This document shows positions 13,496 to 27,660 of a DNA stretch of 64,000 nt, in pieces. The stretch comes from Cycas panzhihuaensis. Lineage: Eukaryota; Plantae; Cycadophyta. Under the pieces are notes generated by a model. The model made no database searches. It saw nothing but the letters and a program-made list of their open reading frames with translations, and was not told the DNA's origin. Positions within the stretch are counted from its first letter, which is position 1; the number at the start of each line of letters is the position of its first letter. A program made the translations under genes and the position numbers. Where the stretch lies: contig CM041465.1 in the NCBI GenBank assembly GCA_023213395.1, positions 132,749,741 through 132,813,740 of the forward strand, in the 5' to 3' direction.

Positions 13496-14343
13496 TTTCA
13501 AGAAGCACACATACAAATTATTTTAGTTAGATATTCTTTTAAATATGATTTATTTATTTTTATATATACACTTTGTCATATCTTTATGCACAACTTTTTT
13601 ATATATTTCATTTATTTTAGGGCATCAAAATGTCATGCTTTTAATTGAATTTTTGATGAATATTCAAGCAAATAAAGGCATACACTTATATGCCTAAAAT
13701 AACATTTATTGTAAAGGAAAAAATGATCATCATGCATGTTTTATGTTAAATATGAATGACCTCTATTTGACATAACAAAGTAACCCTTAAACGATTGAAA
13801 ATAGAATCTTTTTTATTCATGTCTCATTGATATTAATGCATAAATGTTTGATGAATGAAATTTATAAATGAAAGTTGTTATTCAATTTTTTTATTTTTAT
13901 CATTTAAAATTTTAAATTTGAAATAAAATTTATATTTATTAAACATGTTTAAGGTTCTCAAAAATTCATGTGCTCACTTGGTCATCACTCTGCAAGATCA
14001 ATAGTAAGTACTTCCTAACTTTTCATATATGTAATTAGTGGATTCATAGTTGTTATTGTGTACTTTAAATAGGGAGATTCTATGCATCTATATCTTATTA
14101 ATTTTTAGAATAAAATAAACTACGAGAGGGAGGGATTTACTACTCTTACATGTAGTTGATTTCAATTTTAAGTTGACCTAAAAAACCAAACTTTAGATGG
14201 TAAATTATTATTTTATTTAATCGCATTTCATATAGGCACATGAGGGGTTTAGTGTATATAACATTTTCATTTAGATTTCATACTAACTGATGCAAGGGAT
14301 AAGGCATGCTTTACTAATAAAACACATGCATATACACACACAA

Positions 14344-14354
<11 letters not shown>

Positions 14355-14386
<32 letters not shown>
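14355..14386. repeat. (GA)n microsatellite
   Basis: Direct reading. Confidence 0.95.
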
Positions 14387-14389
<3 letters not shown>

Positions 14390-16316
14390 TATTTATTTAT
14401 TTCACAAACACTCACTTGATAAACTCAAGATTTAGTAGATCCTCAAATGTCGTCCCTTGTTTTTATTCATGTACATTATTTATTTGACATATTAAATTAC
14501 AACTTTCTTCGATGTGAGAAATTGAAATGAGATGTCATCATTAAAGTGGTTTTACTTCGTTGATCTATCATTATCCCCTAATCATCAAGTATGTCCTAGG
14601 TATTTAAGACTCATTATATAAGCAAGTCCCTTAGTGTATCAAACCCTTAGCTAACTAGAACTAGTTCCTTAGTAAGGGTGTAAATGCATTTATATGCTTT
14701 ACCTATTAGGACCTGTGTGTGTGCGTGCGCGTGTGTGTAAACATGGGCTATTAAGTTATTTTAGTAAATGCATGGGTATTAAAGAGTAAGTGGATTCACT
14801 CTATGCTCATTCTTTAGGAGTATGTCATAAAGTTGTGGCTAGCTAAGTGATCTCTAAAGAGACCATAAAAAGTTTTATCTTTTTACAACTTGCATTATTT
14901 AGAATTACTTAAGACTTTTATGATTTACCTTAGATTTGACCACTAAGGTTGGAGATCGTCATGATTGTAAAGTTGAAGTTGTAATATTGGGGAGAACACA
15001 TAATAATCCTTAGTTGACATAGTGGATAAGTAGCCTTAATGACTTTAAGTTGGTCATTCCTACCTTACTATAGAAAAATATTAACCCGATATATTAGTGT
15101 TATCATTTTCTCTATAGTAGATTAAGGTCTCACTAGCCAAGTGAATTTATTTTTTCTATATATATATACAACTCTTAAATTCTTTGAACCCCAAGGTTGA
15201 TCATTTTATAATTTAGTCTAGTGACACACACTTTATAGTTGCTTAATTGAGTACCCATTTCTAATCATTTTATAATGGATAAAATGTCAACTTAAATGTG
15301 GGCTTAATTTCATACTAGGTATATGGGTAAATTTAGGTGGAAACTAAGGGTACCATTTTTTACATTAATACTCTCTAAGAGCAATATATTTCTACAAAAG
15401 GTTTATCAAGGGATATAGTCACACAATGTCTTCTCTCTAAAACTTAATGGAAAAAGATACATTCAGATGAGATGGAGTAGATAAATCCTTCAATGACCTT
15501 AAGAAAATAATAACACCATTATATGTTCTTGATATCTTAAGCTTCATCTAACCTTCTGTTATGGAAAATGCTACACCAAGAAAAAGATTGGGAGTAGTAA
15601 TAATATAGCATGATTTCCCTGTTGCTTATGAGAGCCATAAATTTAAGGGGAAGAAGAAATTATGATATACATAAAAAAGAAATATTGACCATTGCCCATA
15701 TAATTATAAAACGACAATAATATTTAATCGACAACAAATTCTAAGTTAAGATAAATCATGATAGTCTTAAATATTTTCTTAAACGATCAATCCTATCAAA
15801 ACATCAGTAGAGGTGGGTAAGTAAGTTGCAAGTCTTTTATTTTAAAATAATTAATAGGAGGGGTAAAAAGAATGTTGTTGTAATGCATTATCATAAAAAG
15901 ACTAAGACATACCTTTATATGTCATATCTATAATAGTTCTTACTTGGATCATTGAAGTATAACAAGAACACTTATGGGACTCCTATACGCAAGAGATTAT
16001 ACAATAGTTATAAGATAATGTGTTGATACAAGATAAGAGGTTTGAATAGAAAAATACCCTCTAGTACACAAATAAGATCTATTTGATACTTAATTTAACA
16101 TTTAAGAACATGATTCTCTAAGAATATCACTCTATCTCTATTGTTAGATATAAAGGGATAGACAAAATATATATAAGTATTTAATAATATATTTTTAGAA
16201 GGGGTTGAAAAAAGATGCTCATCAATTTATGAGAGAATGTAATACTTTCTAGAGGAACAAGTCTAGGATAGTTAAGATCATAGATTTCCATCAACCACTA
16301 CATATTGCTTAGAGAA

Positions 16317-19300
16317 TGTTAAAATATGTGACCATACCAACTAATGTAAAGTGGGCCTCCATATTTTTGTGCCTAGTTATGTAGAGGATATTCTCGAGTT
16401 TAGTGACCTAATGGATGTAATTATAATTATATTTGGTACTTTAGATTTATAAATATAGATCAAAGTCCATCTTTGTTATATATCAATTTTTCATAATATG
16501 ATTATTATTCATTTGTGGGTTTTCACCAGTAAGGGTTTCTCACGGCAATCTGGTGTCTTATGCAATTTGTTCTTGCTTGTTATCTGCCTGATGTGAAAGA
16601 TCCTATCGACCTTGTTTGCTTCAGTTGCATTTCCTTACATGGTATCGGAGCATGTAGATCATACACAAGTAGATGAACATTGTCAGAGGTCCAATCAATG
16701 GTGCTAAGTCATGTTGGCTTACCCTTAGTAGATTGGCATGCCCAATGTCCTTGCAAAATAGCCACAGTGGTGTAGATGATTGTTGGAGGATCCTAGGAGC
16801 CTTATATCCTTGTTTGCAAGTATTCTAAGTATATAGAGGTGTGTGGATGAGTTTTGACTCTGTTGCCAGTTGTGTGAGTGTCGTTTGAGCCTGCTGAAGG
16901 TGCTAGATCCCTGTTTGACATTGCCATTGAGTTTGCATGCCCTGGAATTCATTGCCAGCCCCCTGTTACTAGTGGAAGAGTGCAGAAACCCTAATAGGTT
17001 GTTGCAGAGCCATGAAATAACAAAACAACAATAATACAAAGGTATGCTTATTAAATATTCACTTGATTGACAAATTTAGAGTTTGAATAATATATTTTAC
17101 AGTCTGTTACTATATTATGGCTTGGGTATTATTAATATTTGGCAGTCATGATATATTTCTGTCACCTGTTTGATAAGTACATTGATATTTATCAATATAT
17201 TACTTTTTAGCCAAGGTTATATTATTATCGCATATGAATCTTAAAACTGTATGATCACTATGTGATATTGGAATCTCTTATTTGCGTGAGTAATCCATAC
17301 TGCCCTACGATTTGATTTCTTTCATCGGTGATATATCTATGTATGCATGTTACTTTTGTGTATATATTTGCGCTCAGCCAGCCGCATGATATACATGATA
17401 TTCATTGTTGTGTATTACAGTAATCAACTGACATCATCGTGATAATATATTACAGTCATTGTTGATATTTGTTCGCCGGTGAAGATATGGTCACAGTTGC
17501 AGTTGTAAATATATCAATCGTAATGATGCAATATGTGATATATTTACTAATTCACCCATTTACATATTTGCAATATTAAAGAATTTGTATATTTATGTGT
17601 TTATTACAACTATCGGTTGAATATTTTTGCTACTGCATAATACATTAATCACTTTTTTTTGGTATTTTGGGTATAATTTACATGATTAATATTACAGTCC
17701 ATTGCCAAAGATGTATATATAATCTGTGCATTATCTGTATCACCTGTATATACTTTTGAGCCACATTTTCTTAAGGTTGCCCCATGGTCATTGATCTATT
17801 CCGGTCACCAGTTTATATACAGTCTTCATATGTATATATTATTTTTGATATTGCCTGTGACGTCTTCTTTATAACGTCCACACATTGATGATTAGTAAAG
17901 ATGCCCTTATCTATCCATATGTTTTATTAATTCAAGCCACCCATTTGATTTGTGTTCATATTGATTTATTATGTCCAATGTCGTTATTGATATATTATCC
18001 TAAGTATACCTTGATATATCAATTGAATATGGCCTTTGAATCTCATACGATTAAAGTCATATATTTTTTCGGCTTTATTTTCAATGAAGATTTGAGGCAA
18101 ATTAATGGCATAATTGGTGACTATTAGTTGTTTGATGCTCTTTAGAATGTAATTTACATAAAGGACTTTTATGGGCATATGTTGGGCAAGATAAGGTGAT
18201 GTGGTACTTATTCCATGTGTATTACATGGCAAGTTTTGGGCGCATATTGACCATGTTTAAGAACAAGTTTTAAGGGCTAAAGAAGGGTGAAATTGGGCAT
18301 GTTTAAGGGCGAGAATAAGAGAAAAATTGGGCGAGTTTGATGGGCAAGTATGAGGGCGATAATGGGTGAGTTTAGGCAAAGAAGGGCAAGTTTACATGAG
18401 ATGCCTTATCTGTAAGTTAATACAAACTCTGTTACTTTTATTAGAGTGCCATAGATCATTGCACAAAGTTCATATTTATGTGATTATTCAATGAAATAAG
18501 TGATTGATTTAGTGAAAATGAGTGTGGTTTATTCAATTTTCATTCGAGTTCTATTGCATCAAATGTATATGAGGTGATGAAGTTTAGAATTTACTTGTAT
18601 GAATGGTTGTTGGACTGATGATAACATGAGGTTTGTGGCCTTGTTTAATGTTGGTTCAACATGGGTGCATATCTGAACAAGTCTGATGTGGAACCGAGGC
18701 AGAGTTCTTAATGAAATTAAACTGTAAATGGAAAGGTCTAAGATAAGAAGCCTTAAAATCAGTTATGCCTTGTCATGGTATAGATAGTTGGTCTATAAGG
18801 TTATATTGCAGGTGACTTATGATGCTAATGGTGAGGTTAGTGCATGGTGTGGTTTGCCTCCCATGTTTTATGGCATAAGCTATAGCAGACAGGTATGGGT
18901 ACCCTTGTTATGATTATTCGTGGTATAATTTCTCCTCATGTTTTGTGTTTGGACCAAGTCAAAAGCCTTTCATTTATTTCCTTTGGTGCATTGTAGTGCA
19001 CACATCTTAGACGAAGATTGCAGTAGTAGGATTATAAGCATTTGAAGCATATGGGTTGTTTAGCTTACAAACAGTGTGATCTGCAGGTGAAATGCATTGT
19101 GATCAATCTAGATGTTGAGTTGAAGAGTTGTTAACGTATCATGTTGAGTGTCATTTGGTTATAGGTTTTATCCTTCATTGCTTCACTTTTTCATGATGTT
19201 ATTCAGTGAGTGTGGAGGTTTGTTTGCCTAACATTATGCTTAAGACAGAAGTAGGACCTAGTGATAGATTGATGATGAGGAGTTGTTAGATGATGTGATA

Positions 19301-20228
19301 TGGATTGCAACCCCATATTTTGTTAACATTTGAAGACCTATAGGATGATGGAAGATCATAGATCAGCATGCCAGTCAAAACTTGAGATAGATACCAACAT
19401 TCCAGTGAGTACAGATTGACGATAGAGAGCTGTATTGAAGCAAAGAACCTGGTCAGTTTATAAGCTGATTGCACAAGATCCCTAGCAAGAATAAGGATTA
19501 AGGTATGATGAAACATTTGTACCAGTCTCTATGTTTATTGGTCTATTTGATCCTTACTTTAGCATCTTCAGATAGTTGGATATCGTACCATATCACATAT
19601 CAGCATTCCTTAATAAAGACTTAAAGAGGCAATTCACATGGCTCAAGTGGCTCAACCTCTAAGTTTAGTCAAAGGAATATGGCTAAGTTATTTTGACAAA
19701 GTGTGGGGTACAGAGAGAGTTGCATGGTTGTAGGTTTGCTGGACCATTTCTAAAGAATCAAGCACATACGAGGCATGGCACCATTACATCTGAGTGAAGA
19801 TCATTACATTAACGTTCATACATATTGGGTTGGGTAAGGTTATCCTTAAGAGGGATTTATTCCCAATGATAATCCTTGTTACCCCATATTTACATTAAGA
19901 GTGGATGTTAAAATATGTAACCATACCACCTAATGCAAAGTCGGCCTCCCTATTTTTATGCCTAATTATATGGATGATATTCTCGAGTATAGTGACCTAA
20001 TGGATATAATTGTAATTATATTTGGCACTTTAAATCTATAAATATAGATCAAAGTCCATCTTTATTATATATCAGTTTGTCATAATGTGATTATTAATCA
20101 TTTGTGGGTTTTCACTCATAAGGGTTTCCCATGGTAATCTAGTATCCTGTGTAATTTGTTTCTACTTGTTATCTGCCTAATGTGAAAATTCCTGTTGACC
20201 TTGTTTGCTTCAGTTGCATTTTCTAACA
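16317..20228 (+). mobile_element. Non-autonomous LTR element (LARD/large-TRIM type) inserted in the host integrase
   Basis: LTRs 16317-16639 and 19906-20228 (323 bp, TG..CA). TSD GAGAA at 16312-16316 and 20229-20233. PBS TGGTATCGGAGC at 16640-16651 and PPT AAGAGTGGA. The 3.3-kb interior has no recognisable intact ORF. Confidence 0.93.
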
Positions 20229-23200
20229 GAGAAAAATGAGAAGAAATATTAATAGACTTTATTGTGTGCTTACTAATTTACAATAACAGAAATCCATTTT
20301 AGTGGCCATTGATAGACTTATAAAATGTGCACATTTTAGGGTGGGATATGTTTATCCCAATATTCTTCTATACACTCAATTATCTTCAAGATCAAATGAC
20401 ATAGTAATAAGACTTAAGAAAAAAATACAATACTTTTATTAATAGAATGGAAATTGATCATAGAGAATAAGAATGCATAAGGGCACCAAAGAACACCAAA
20501 GAGAACTAAAAGTATACTAAAGTATAATCTCACAAGAAATGATAATATACAACAACCCTAACTTTATATTAGGTTAGCCTTAAATAAACAAGAGAGGCCT
20601 CTTACATAGAATATCATTAGTAGGATAAATGACCTCTAATTTTATTACCAAATATAAGCAACCTGTACACAAAATTTAATAACTAACACTAAACACCATG
20701 GTCCCTTGTTATATATGTTAGCAAATTGATTCCACTTAACAAAGGGTAGTCATGTAATAAGTCTCCTCCCCTTAGATGTTGAGTCCTCAAATCCATAAAG
20801 ATGTAGATATTACTTAACAAATTTGATTGATATCTATGTTGCTTCCATGTATTCACAACTACCCACTACACCAAGTATTCACAGATAGTCCTATTCTGAA
20901 GGTGACATTGTCAACCTACCTAAAATATGGTGAAGCAAAACAATGAGATGTTGTTCTTTGTTAAGGACTAATAGGACGAACAGAGGAACTATGTCTTTGT
21001 CAAGGTACTTTTTAAGGCATGAAACATGAAATACTTAGGATTTTGGTATTGGGATGAAGCCAAAGTATATAGACAACTTTACCAATCTATTTAAGTGCTT
21101 CGTATGGGCCATAATAACATGGATTAAGCTTTTGGTTTTTATGGTATTTAAGGGATTGCTACTTATGTAGGTAGAGACAAAGAAAAACTAAGTCACCCAC
21201 GAAAAAAGATTGATTAGAATGGTGGTGGTTAGCGAGTTATTTCATATAATTTTGAGTTACTATTAGGTTTTATTTGAGGATATGAAGAATTGATCCATAT
21301 CTTGAAACTTTTGTTGAACTATAATAATTTGAAGGTTAGTTTTAAGAATATGATGGGATGGAGGATTATATCTATAAAGAGCCATAAATAGAGACATTCC
21401 AATAACTAACTAGTGGGATGAGTTATACCAATATTCTACAAGAGCTAACTATGAGGTCGATTTGTACTAGTGTTTAAAATTAAAAAATTGTAAGTATATT
21501 TCCAACGTCTTATTCAAGACTTCAGATTGGCTATCGATTTATGGATGGTAAGTTAAACTCATGTTGAATAAAATCCTAAAGTCTTGGAAGAGTTCTTACC
21601 AAATTGTGTTAGTAACTTCAAGATCTTGATCGTAGACTATTATCGATGGAAATTCATGGAGGTGAAAAATATAATAAATATAAAGATTAGTAACGCAGAA
21701 TGCTTTATAAGAGGTATGGATGGGCAAAAAATAGGTATACTTAGTGGGTTTATTAATAATTACTAAAATTGAGTCAAAACTAGTGGATAATGATAATCCT
21801 ATGATGTAATCCATAACAATATATTTCCATTTACCTTGAGGGATATATAGGGTTTAGAGGAGGCCTAGTTGAGCATAAGTATCAATTTTATTTTTTTAGA
21901 AAGAGTTACATTAAAAAATAAATGTAAATATAGAGAATTTTATATAGGGCTGATAAAAATTAGATCAAATGCAATGATAAGTTTTATTAAGCTTTGAGTG
22001 ACCTCCCAAGGGGAGTGGAGTGATACTCAGATAAAATATATGGGATGAAAGATGTTGTAGGGTGAACAAAAATGTGATTTCAATATAAAATGTGAGTGTT
22101 ATATATGGACCAATTCTTATGACAATAAGCTTTGGTGGTCCATTGGTCAAAATTTGGTTTAGATTGGTTATCAATTACCATTTTTGTTAACCATATTAAT
22201 GATAGTTTAAAGATTGTATGAATAATAAGTTCATTAATAATGAGCTCAAAGGTGAGGCAAGAGAGGGCATTAATGACAAGATTTTCCTTTTTTATATGTG
22301 ATAGTGAAATTAAACACTTGTAAATGGTTGATCCACTTAGCTTGCTCTTCATATAAACTTGGATGATCAAAAAGGCAACAAAGGCTATGGTGGTCTACTA
22401 AAATAGTAAGCTTAGAATCTAAAAGATATTAGCATCGCTTATCTATAATATATAGAATACCTTTCATATCCATTTGATATATTAACAAGTGACGTACATG
22501 ATCTTTTAATTTATAACTCTCAAATGCTATTAGATGAAAGTCTATATAAGTACGACATCTATACCAAATTCAGAAGCATCACATTCTAACTAGAAAGGTT
22601 GGAGAAGCCTATAGTGGTAAGAACTAAGGTGGACATCATGATGGACTTAAGATTATTAAAGGCATCCTTTATATCTTAAGACCATTGAAATAAATCTTTA
22701 TGAAGTAAATTTGTTAACAGGGCCATAAGAGAGGCATTACTTTAAATAAATAGACTGTAAAATCATTTGAGTCCTACAAAAGTATGCAACTATACAAGAT
22801 TTCTAGGTGTGGACCAAGTAGTAATGATTGAGATTTTATCTAGGTCAACCCAGATCCCTCTTAATGACATGATGTCTCCTAGATATAATAATTCAAACTT
22901 ACTAAATTTGCATTTGGATATCTTGGCATAAAGTTGGTGTTGGGTAAGAGTTTAGAGAATAGCTTCCAAATATTGGATGTTCTTATGCAAGTCCAAACTA
23001 TAAATAAGAATGTTACTAAAGAAAATAATAACAAATTTTCAGAGATATGGGGCAAAAATTTGTATTTATCAATGCCTAAAATATAATTGGGGCATTACAA
23101 AGGTTGAAGGACTAATCTAAAATTTAAAATGCTTACGATATATTTGAAAGATAGTATTATGATAATCCTCTAAGGTAATAAGGATCTAATAATAGCCCGA

Positions 23201-23791
23201 TTGAAGATCTAATTTAGAGAAGTTGGTGACCCATGGATTTTTTTAAGCATATCATCAATTATGGGTGTCAAAAATTTATTTTTAATTGTGATTTTGTCTA
23301 GTTCATAGTAGTCGACATAAAGTCAAAAAAACCCATCCTTTTCCCATACCAAATAATAGGAGTAGTGTAAAGGCTTTTATTAGGTTGGATAATGCCTGTG
23401 TTAATTAATTCATTAGTGATTTTTTCAATTCTAATTTTAAAAAAATAAGAATTTTGACGAGTTCAAAGACTAATAAGGTCATGAGGTGAGTTGAGTTCAA
23501 TCAAATAGTAAAATCCACAATCTAGAGAAGGAGTGGCTAGAAGGAGGGCAAATACTGGTTGGTGCTTATTAAGAAGAATTTAAATATCAAAATGGATGAT
23601 AGTATGGACTTAAATATTATTAACATAAACTATATAGCCAATATTATTATTTAAATTCTTGAACATTTGATTTAGAGAGATGTATTTATTGAGAGGCAAT
23701 TGGATGCCATGAAGTTTATATGTTTGGCTAATATAATCCTTAAACAACATGAATAGATTATTAGGTGATTTATTCATACTATACATACCAA

Positions 23792-24675
23792 GAGAAGCTT
23801 GAAATGTGTGATACGGTGCAACCACACCCATCCATGTTGCTCCCCGGTACTAATAAATACTTAGAAGGGTTGATTATTAATGATTCATATGATCGATTCC
23901 TTGGCTTCCCTTATGCTACATGCCTTATTCCACTCATATATCCTAGTACTTTGTCTTGGTCATTGCCACTTGGGTTGGTCGATCATCGCTTGGTTAGATG
24001 CAATGTATCTCCTTCATTGAGTAGATTTCCTATGTTCATGGGATGTGGTATATGTATGTGTGTGAATTGTTCCACATTCATGACTTGGCTAGACTCTCAC
24101 ATTAATATAAGGTAAAGCATACCCCTACAATTTTGCCAATCTGAAAAGAGCCTTTGAGGGTGAGAAGCCCAAAATGTGTGATACAGTACAACCATACCAA
24201 TCTTCCAAATACTAACAAATGCTTATAAGGGTTGATTATTGATGATTCATGTGATTGAGTCCCTAGCTTCCCTTATGTTGCACACCTTACACACCATATC
24301 CCACTCATATCTCCTAATATTGATGATTCATGTGATTTAGTCCCTAACTTCTCTTGTGTTGTATACCTTATTCCACTCATATCTCCTAGTACTATGTCTT
24401 GCCTATTGCCACTTAGGTTGGTGGGTTGTCGCTCGGTTGGATGTGATGCATCCCCTTCATTGGGTAGATTTTCCACATTCATAAGATGTGGTGTTTGTAC
24501 ATGTGAATTATCTCACATTTATGAATTAGCCAGACTCTCATATGAATATAAGGTAAAACACACTCCTATAACTTTGCCAATCTAAAAAGAGCCTTTAAGG
24601 GTGATTATTTATGATTCATGTGATTACGTCCTTGGCTCCCCTTGTGTTGCATGCCTTATTCTACTCATAACTCCT
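23792..24675. repeat. Tandem repeat, about 2.3 copies of a 370-440-bp TRIM-like unit containing 5S-rRNA-like sequence
   Basis: Copies 23792-24161, 24162-24602 (with an internal duplication of about 70 bp) and a partial copy 24603-24675. The repeat is certain; the TRIM and 5S origin is inference. Confidence 0.8.
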
Positions 24676-27660
24676 CCTACTAGGTTTTTTATTATTTTAG
24701 CATAATGTAAAGTTTGGTAACCTAATAGAAAGTAAGTAAATCTAGTCTTAGGTATGATATAGAAATTGAGTCAGTAAGTCAAGGATATGTTGATAAAGTA
24801 TAATGATGTACCACCATCAATCAAAATTAAGATGGGATGGGTGTTTTTTGGAGGATACCTTTCATGCAAAGTGGCTTCAAACATGTGGAAGAAACAACTA
24901 ATAAAGAGACTTTGATTTAAAGGTCAAAAGGGAAAGGTTCTTGGGGAGACTTGTTATTAGGTTTAAGTTTATTATCAATGTCAGAATCTTTTTCTATTGT
25001 AGGGTCAATAGCAAAATCCATATTATTTTCTTTACACACTCTCCCATGACCAGAGGCCCATTTTTTTTAGTACTTAACACATAGGCTAGCTTTTAAATGC
25101 TTGTCTACTTCTACTTATGGTATATATATAGGTCCTATAAAGGGTCTATCGGTGAATGTTGTATCTCATATGATTTAACGCATTAATATTATTAGTATAA
25201 AGGATGGGGATGTTAGTATCATATAGAGTCTCATCTAAAAGTAGTTGATTATTTTATAGAAAACTCAACTTTGACTAGTTTTATGTCGAAATAGCAACAC
25301 TTAAGTTGTATAGGGTAGTGACCTTTAGGCACATTTTAATGTGCTCCTGAAGTCTAAGCATATGTGTATCAGTAAAACTATATCGATCAAGTGGTTAAAA
25401 AACTTGATTCTATAATGCCTAGAACTCATCTGTGTATGCCTCCACTGATGTTATTTATTTAACTGAGTGAGTCGGCTAAAGAAAGAGTAGTTCCATGTAT
25501 CATCGTATTGCTAAAAAAAAAATCCTATAGAATATGTCCCATCTTTGATTTAGTGGATTCTTATGCTACCACCAGCAGAACCAATGGTACACTTTACCAT
25601 CCATATAGATTAAGGTAAAAGTTAATTGTTCTCCTTCAGGTATAGGATTAAAAGAAAAATAAGATTCTAGCTTACTTGTCCAACTCCTTGTGGAGTCCCT
25701 ATTAAGGTGGGGATCAAATGTTGGTATGGTAATATTATGATGAAATTATTACTACCATGGTGAAGGTGGAAGATTATGAGGGGGTAGAGGGGGTGGGGGT
25801 GAAGGATTAGTTAATGGAGGTGTGGGATTATAAGGTGGAGGTAGGGGACCTATTATATTAAAGGTAGATAGGATATTAGAATTAGATGCCATTTGTAGGG
25901 GTATCTTATTTAATTTTTTATCTAAGGCATCTTATTTCTAGTTGGACTCCCTAAATTTTTGATCATTTTTTCAACCCATTCTTGCTAGGTTTTGAGTCAT
26001 TCCTACTAAGTTGTAAGTCATTTCTACAAACTGGACCTCTAGTTCTTGGATTTGATCTATGTGTATACCATTGATATGAAATCCATTATTGTGAAAAAAA
26101 AGAAGAAAATGAATTTAGAGAAGAGAGATAGAGTAAGAAAAAGGGGATTTAAAAAGGGAAAATAGATAGATAAAACATGATTAAAGAACTAGGGAGTGGT
26201 GTAGATGGGAAGAGGTGTCTATAGCATATTAACCCCCAAAATTTTATAATAAATTCACCTAGCTTACTTAGATGAGTGTGAAAAGCTCATCAAAATGATA
26301 TAGGTGAGTTTTAAGCATTTATAAATGAGCTATGGGGTCCACAAAGTGCCTATATGTCATTTAACCTCAAAATTTTAGGTTAAAATTAACCAAATAAAAA
26401 ATTAGTAATATGGCACAATTATCAAAATAAGATATATAAAAAATAAGGAAAATAATAAGTTGTGGACTTTTTTTAATTCCATGCTTACTAGTACATGTTT
26501 TGAGTCCAAAAAAATGATTTCTATAAAAGTGATCCTATAGGGTTTAAAAATGACCTTGCAGGTAGTTTGCCTTATCTCTTTTTTTTTTTTTGGTTAATAA
26601 TGAAGACTTTTAAACTCATAGATAAAACTTTGGATAGGAAGGAGTCTACGAATAAAATTTGGATGATTTCTTTTTTTTGCTATTATGGTGATCTGTAATA
26701 TTTACTACAATACCTTTGTAACTTTCTTTGTTCTTTTATGTCTTGAATATGCAGTATAGTAATGTAGAATTATATTTGGACAACCAATCTTTAAGTAGAC
26801 TCTGGACATAAAGTTTATCTAGTTTATAGACCCTTCAATAAACTTCTCAGTCGATACTAATTAATCAGCCTAATCTCTTAGGGCACTAACTATGAAGGTT
26901 CACTGTATTTGTAGTCATGATAGTCATGTTGAGGTGTTTTGGAAGGCTAGCCTCTCGGTGTTAACCACTAAATAATGCACTACAGATTTTTAGTGATCAA
27001 TAAGTTATCTATTCTAGGATAGAAAGGGAGCCTAACAAGGTCCACCTATATATCTGAAGGTATATGGACGTTCATTCTAGTATGCAGATACTGTCTAAGG
27101 CATGTGTAAGAAAGTAACTTAGTTCTATTCATGTATTAGTATATACCCAAGTACGCTTAGCCAAGAATAATTGTTGCCTATAAATTTTTAAAGTCCCCCA
27201 AAGCAGGTCTCTACTTAGAGACTCTAAGGAAAATAAAAAGTTTGCAAGAAAGGGTTTGTTATTTTTTTCTCAATCTTTACAATTGAGAAGATACAGTGTA
27301 GAAAAAATATTTTGAGTAGAAAATGTTATTCGCAGAGGAGCAGAGTAAGTGAGGATGCTATCGCGATTAACAAATTTCCATATAATAGAAGACGATGTTG
27401 AAAAACACCTAGGTTGTAATACAACCTTTTAAATAGAATTTTGGGAAGGTGCCTAAGCGCCTCAACCCTACCTGCATGTTAGTCGTCAAAAAATAAAAAA
27501 TAAATTAAAATAATAAAACATACCTAGATATGTCAACTGATAATGTCTTAGGAGGCTCTAGGTGTCCTAGGGAGCCCCAAAGGTGGCTTTGGGGGGGGCT
27601 AGGCGCACATATCCTTAGGACATTAGGGGTTATCCCAACATTCTCCCCCATAATCCCTAA

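Noticed and set aside
24136-24157. Resemblance to the metazoan histone 3' stem-loop (rev. CAAAGGCTCTTTTCAGA)
   Set aside because: The 3' stem arm is missing (ATTGG instead of GAGCC), there is no histone ORF, and it lies in a plant repeat
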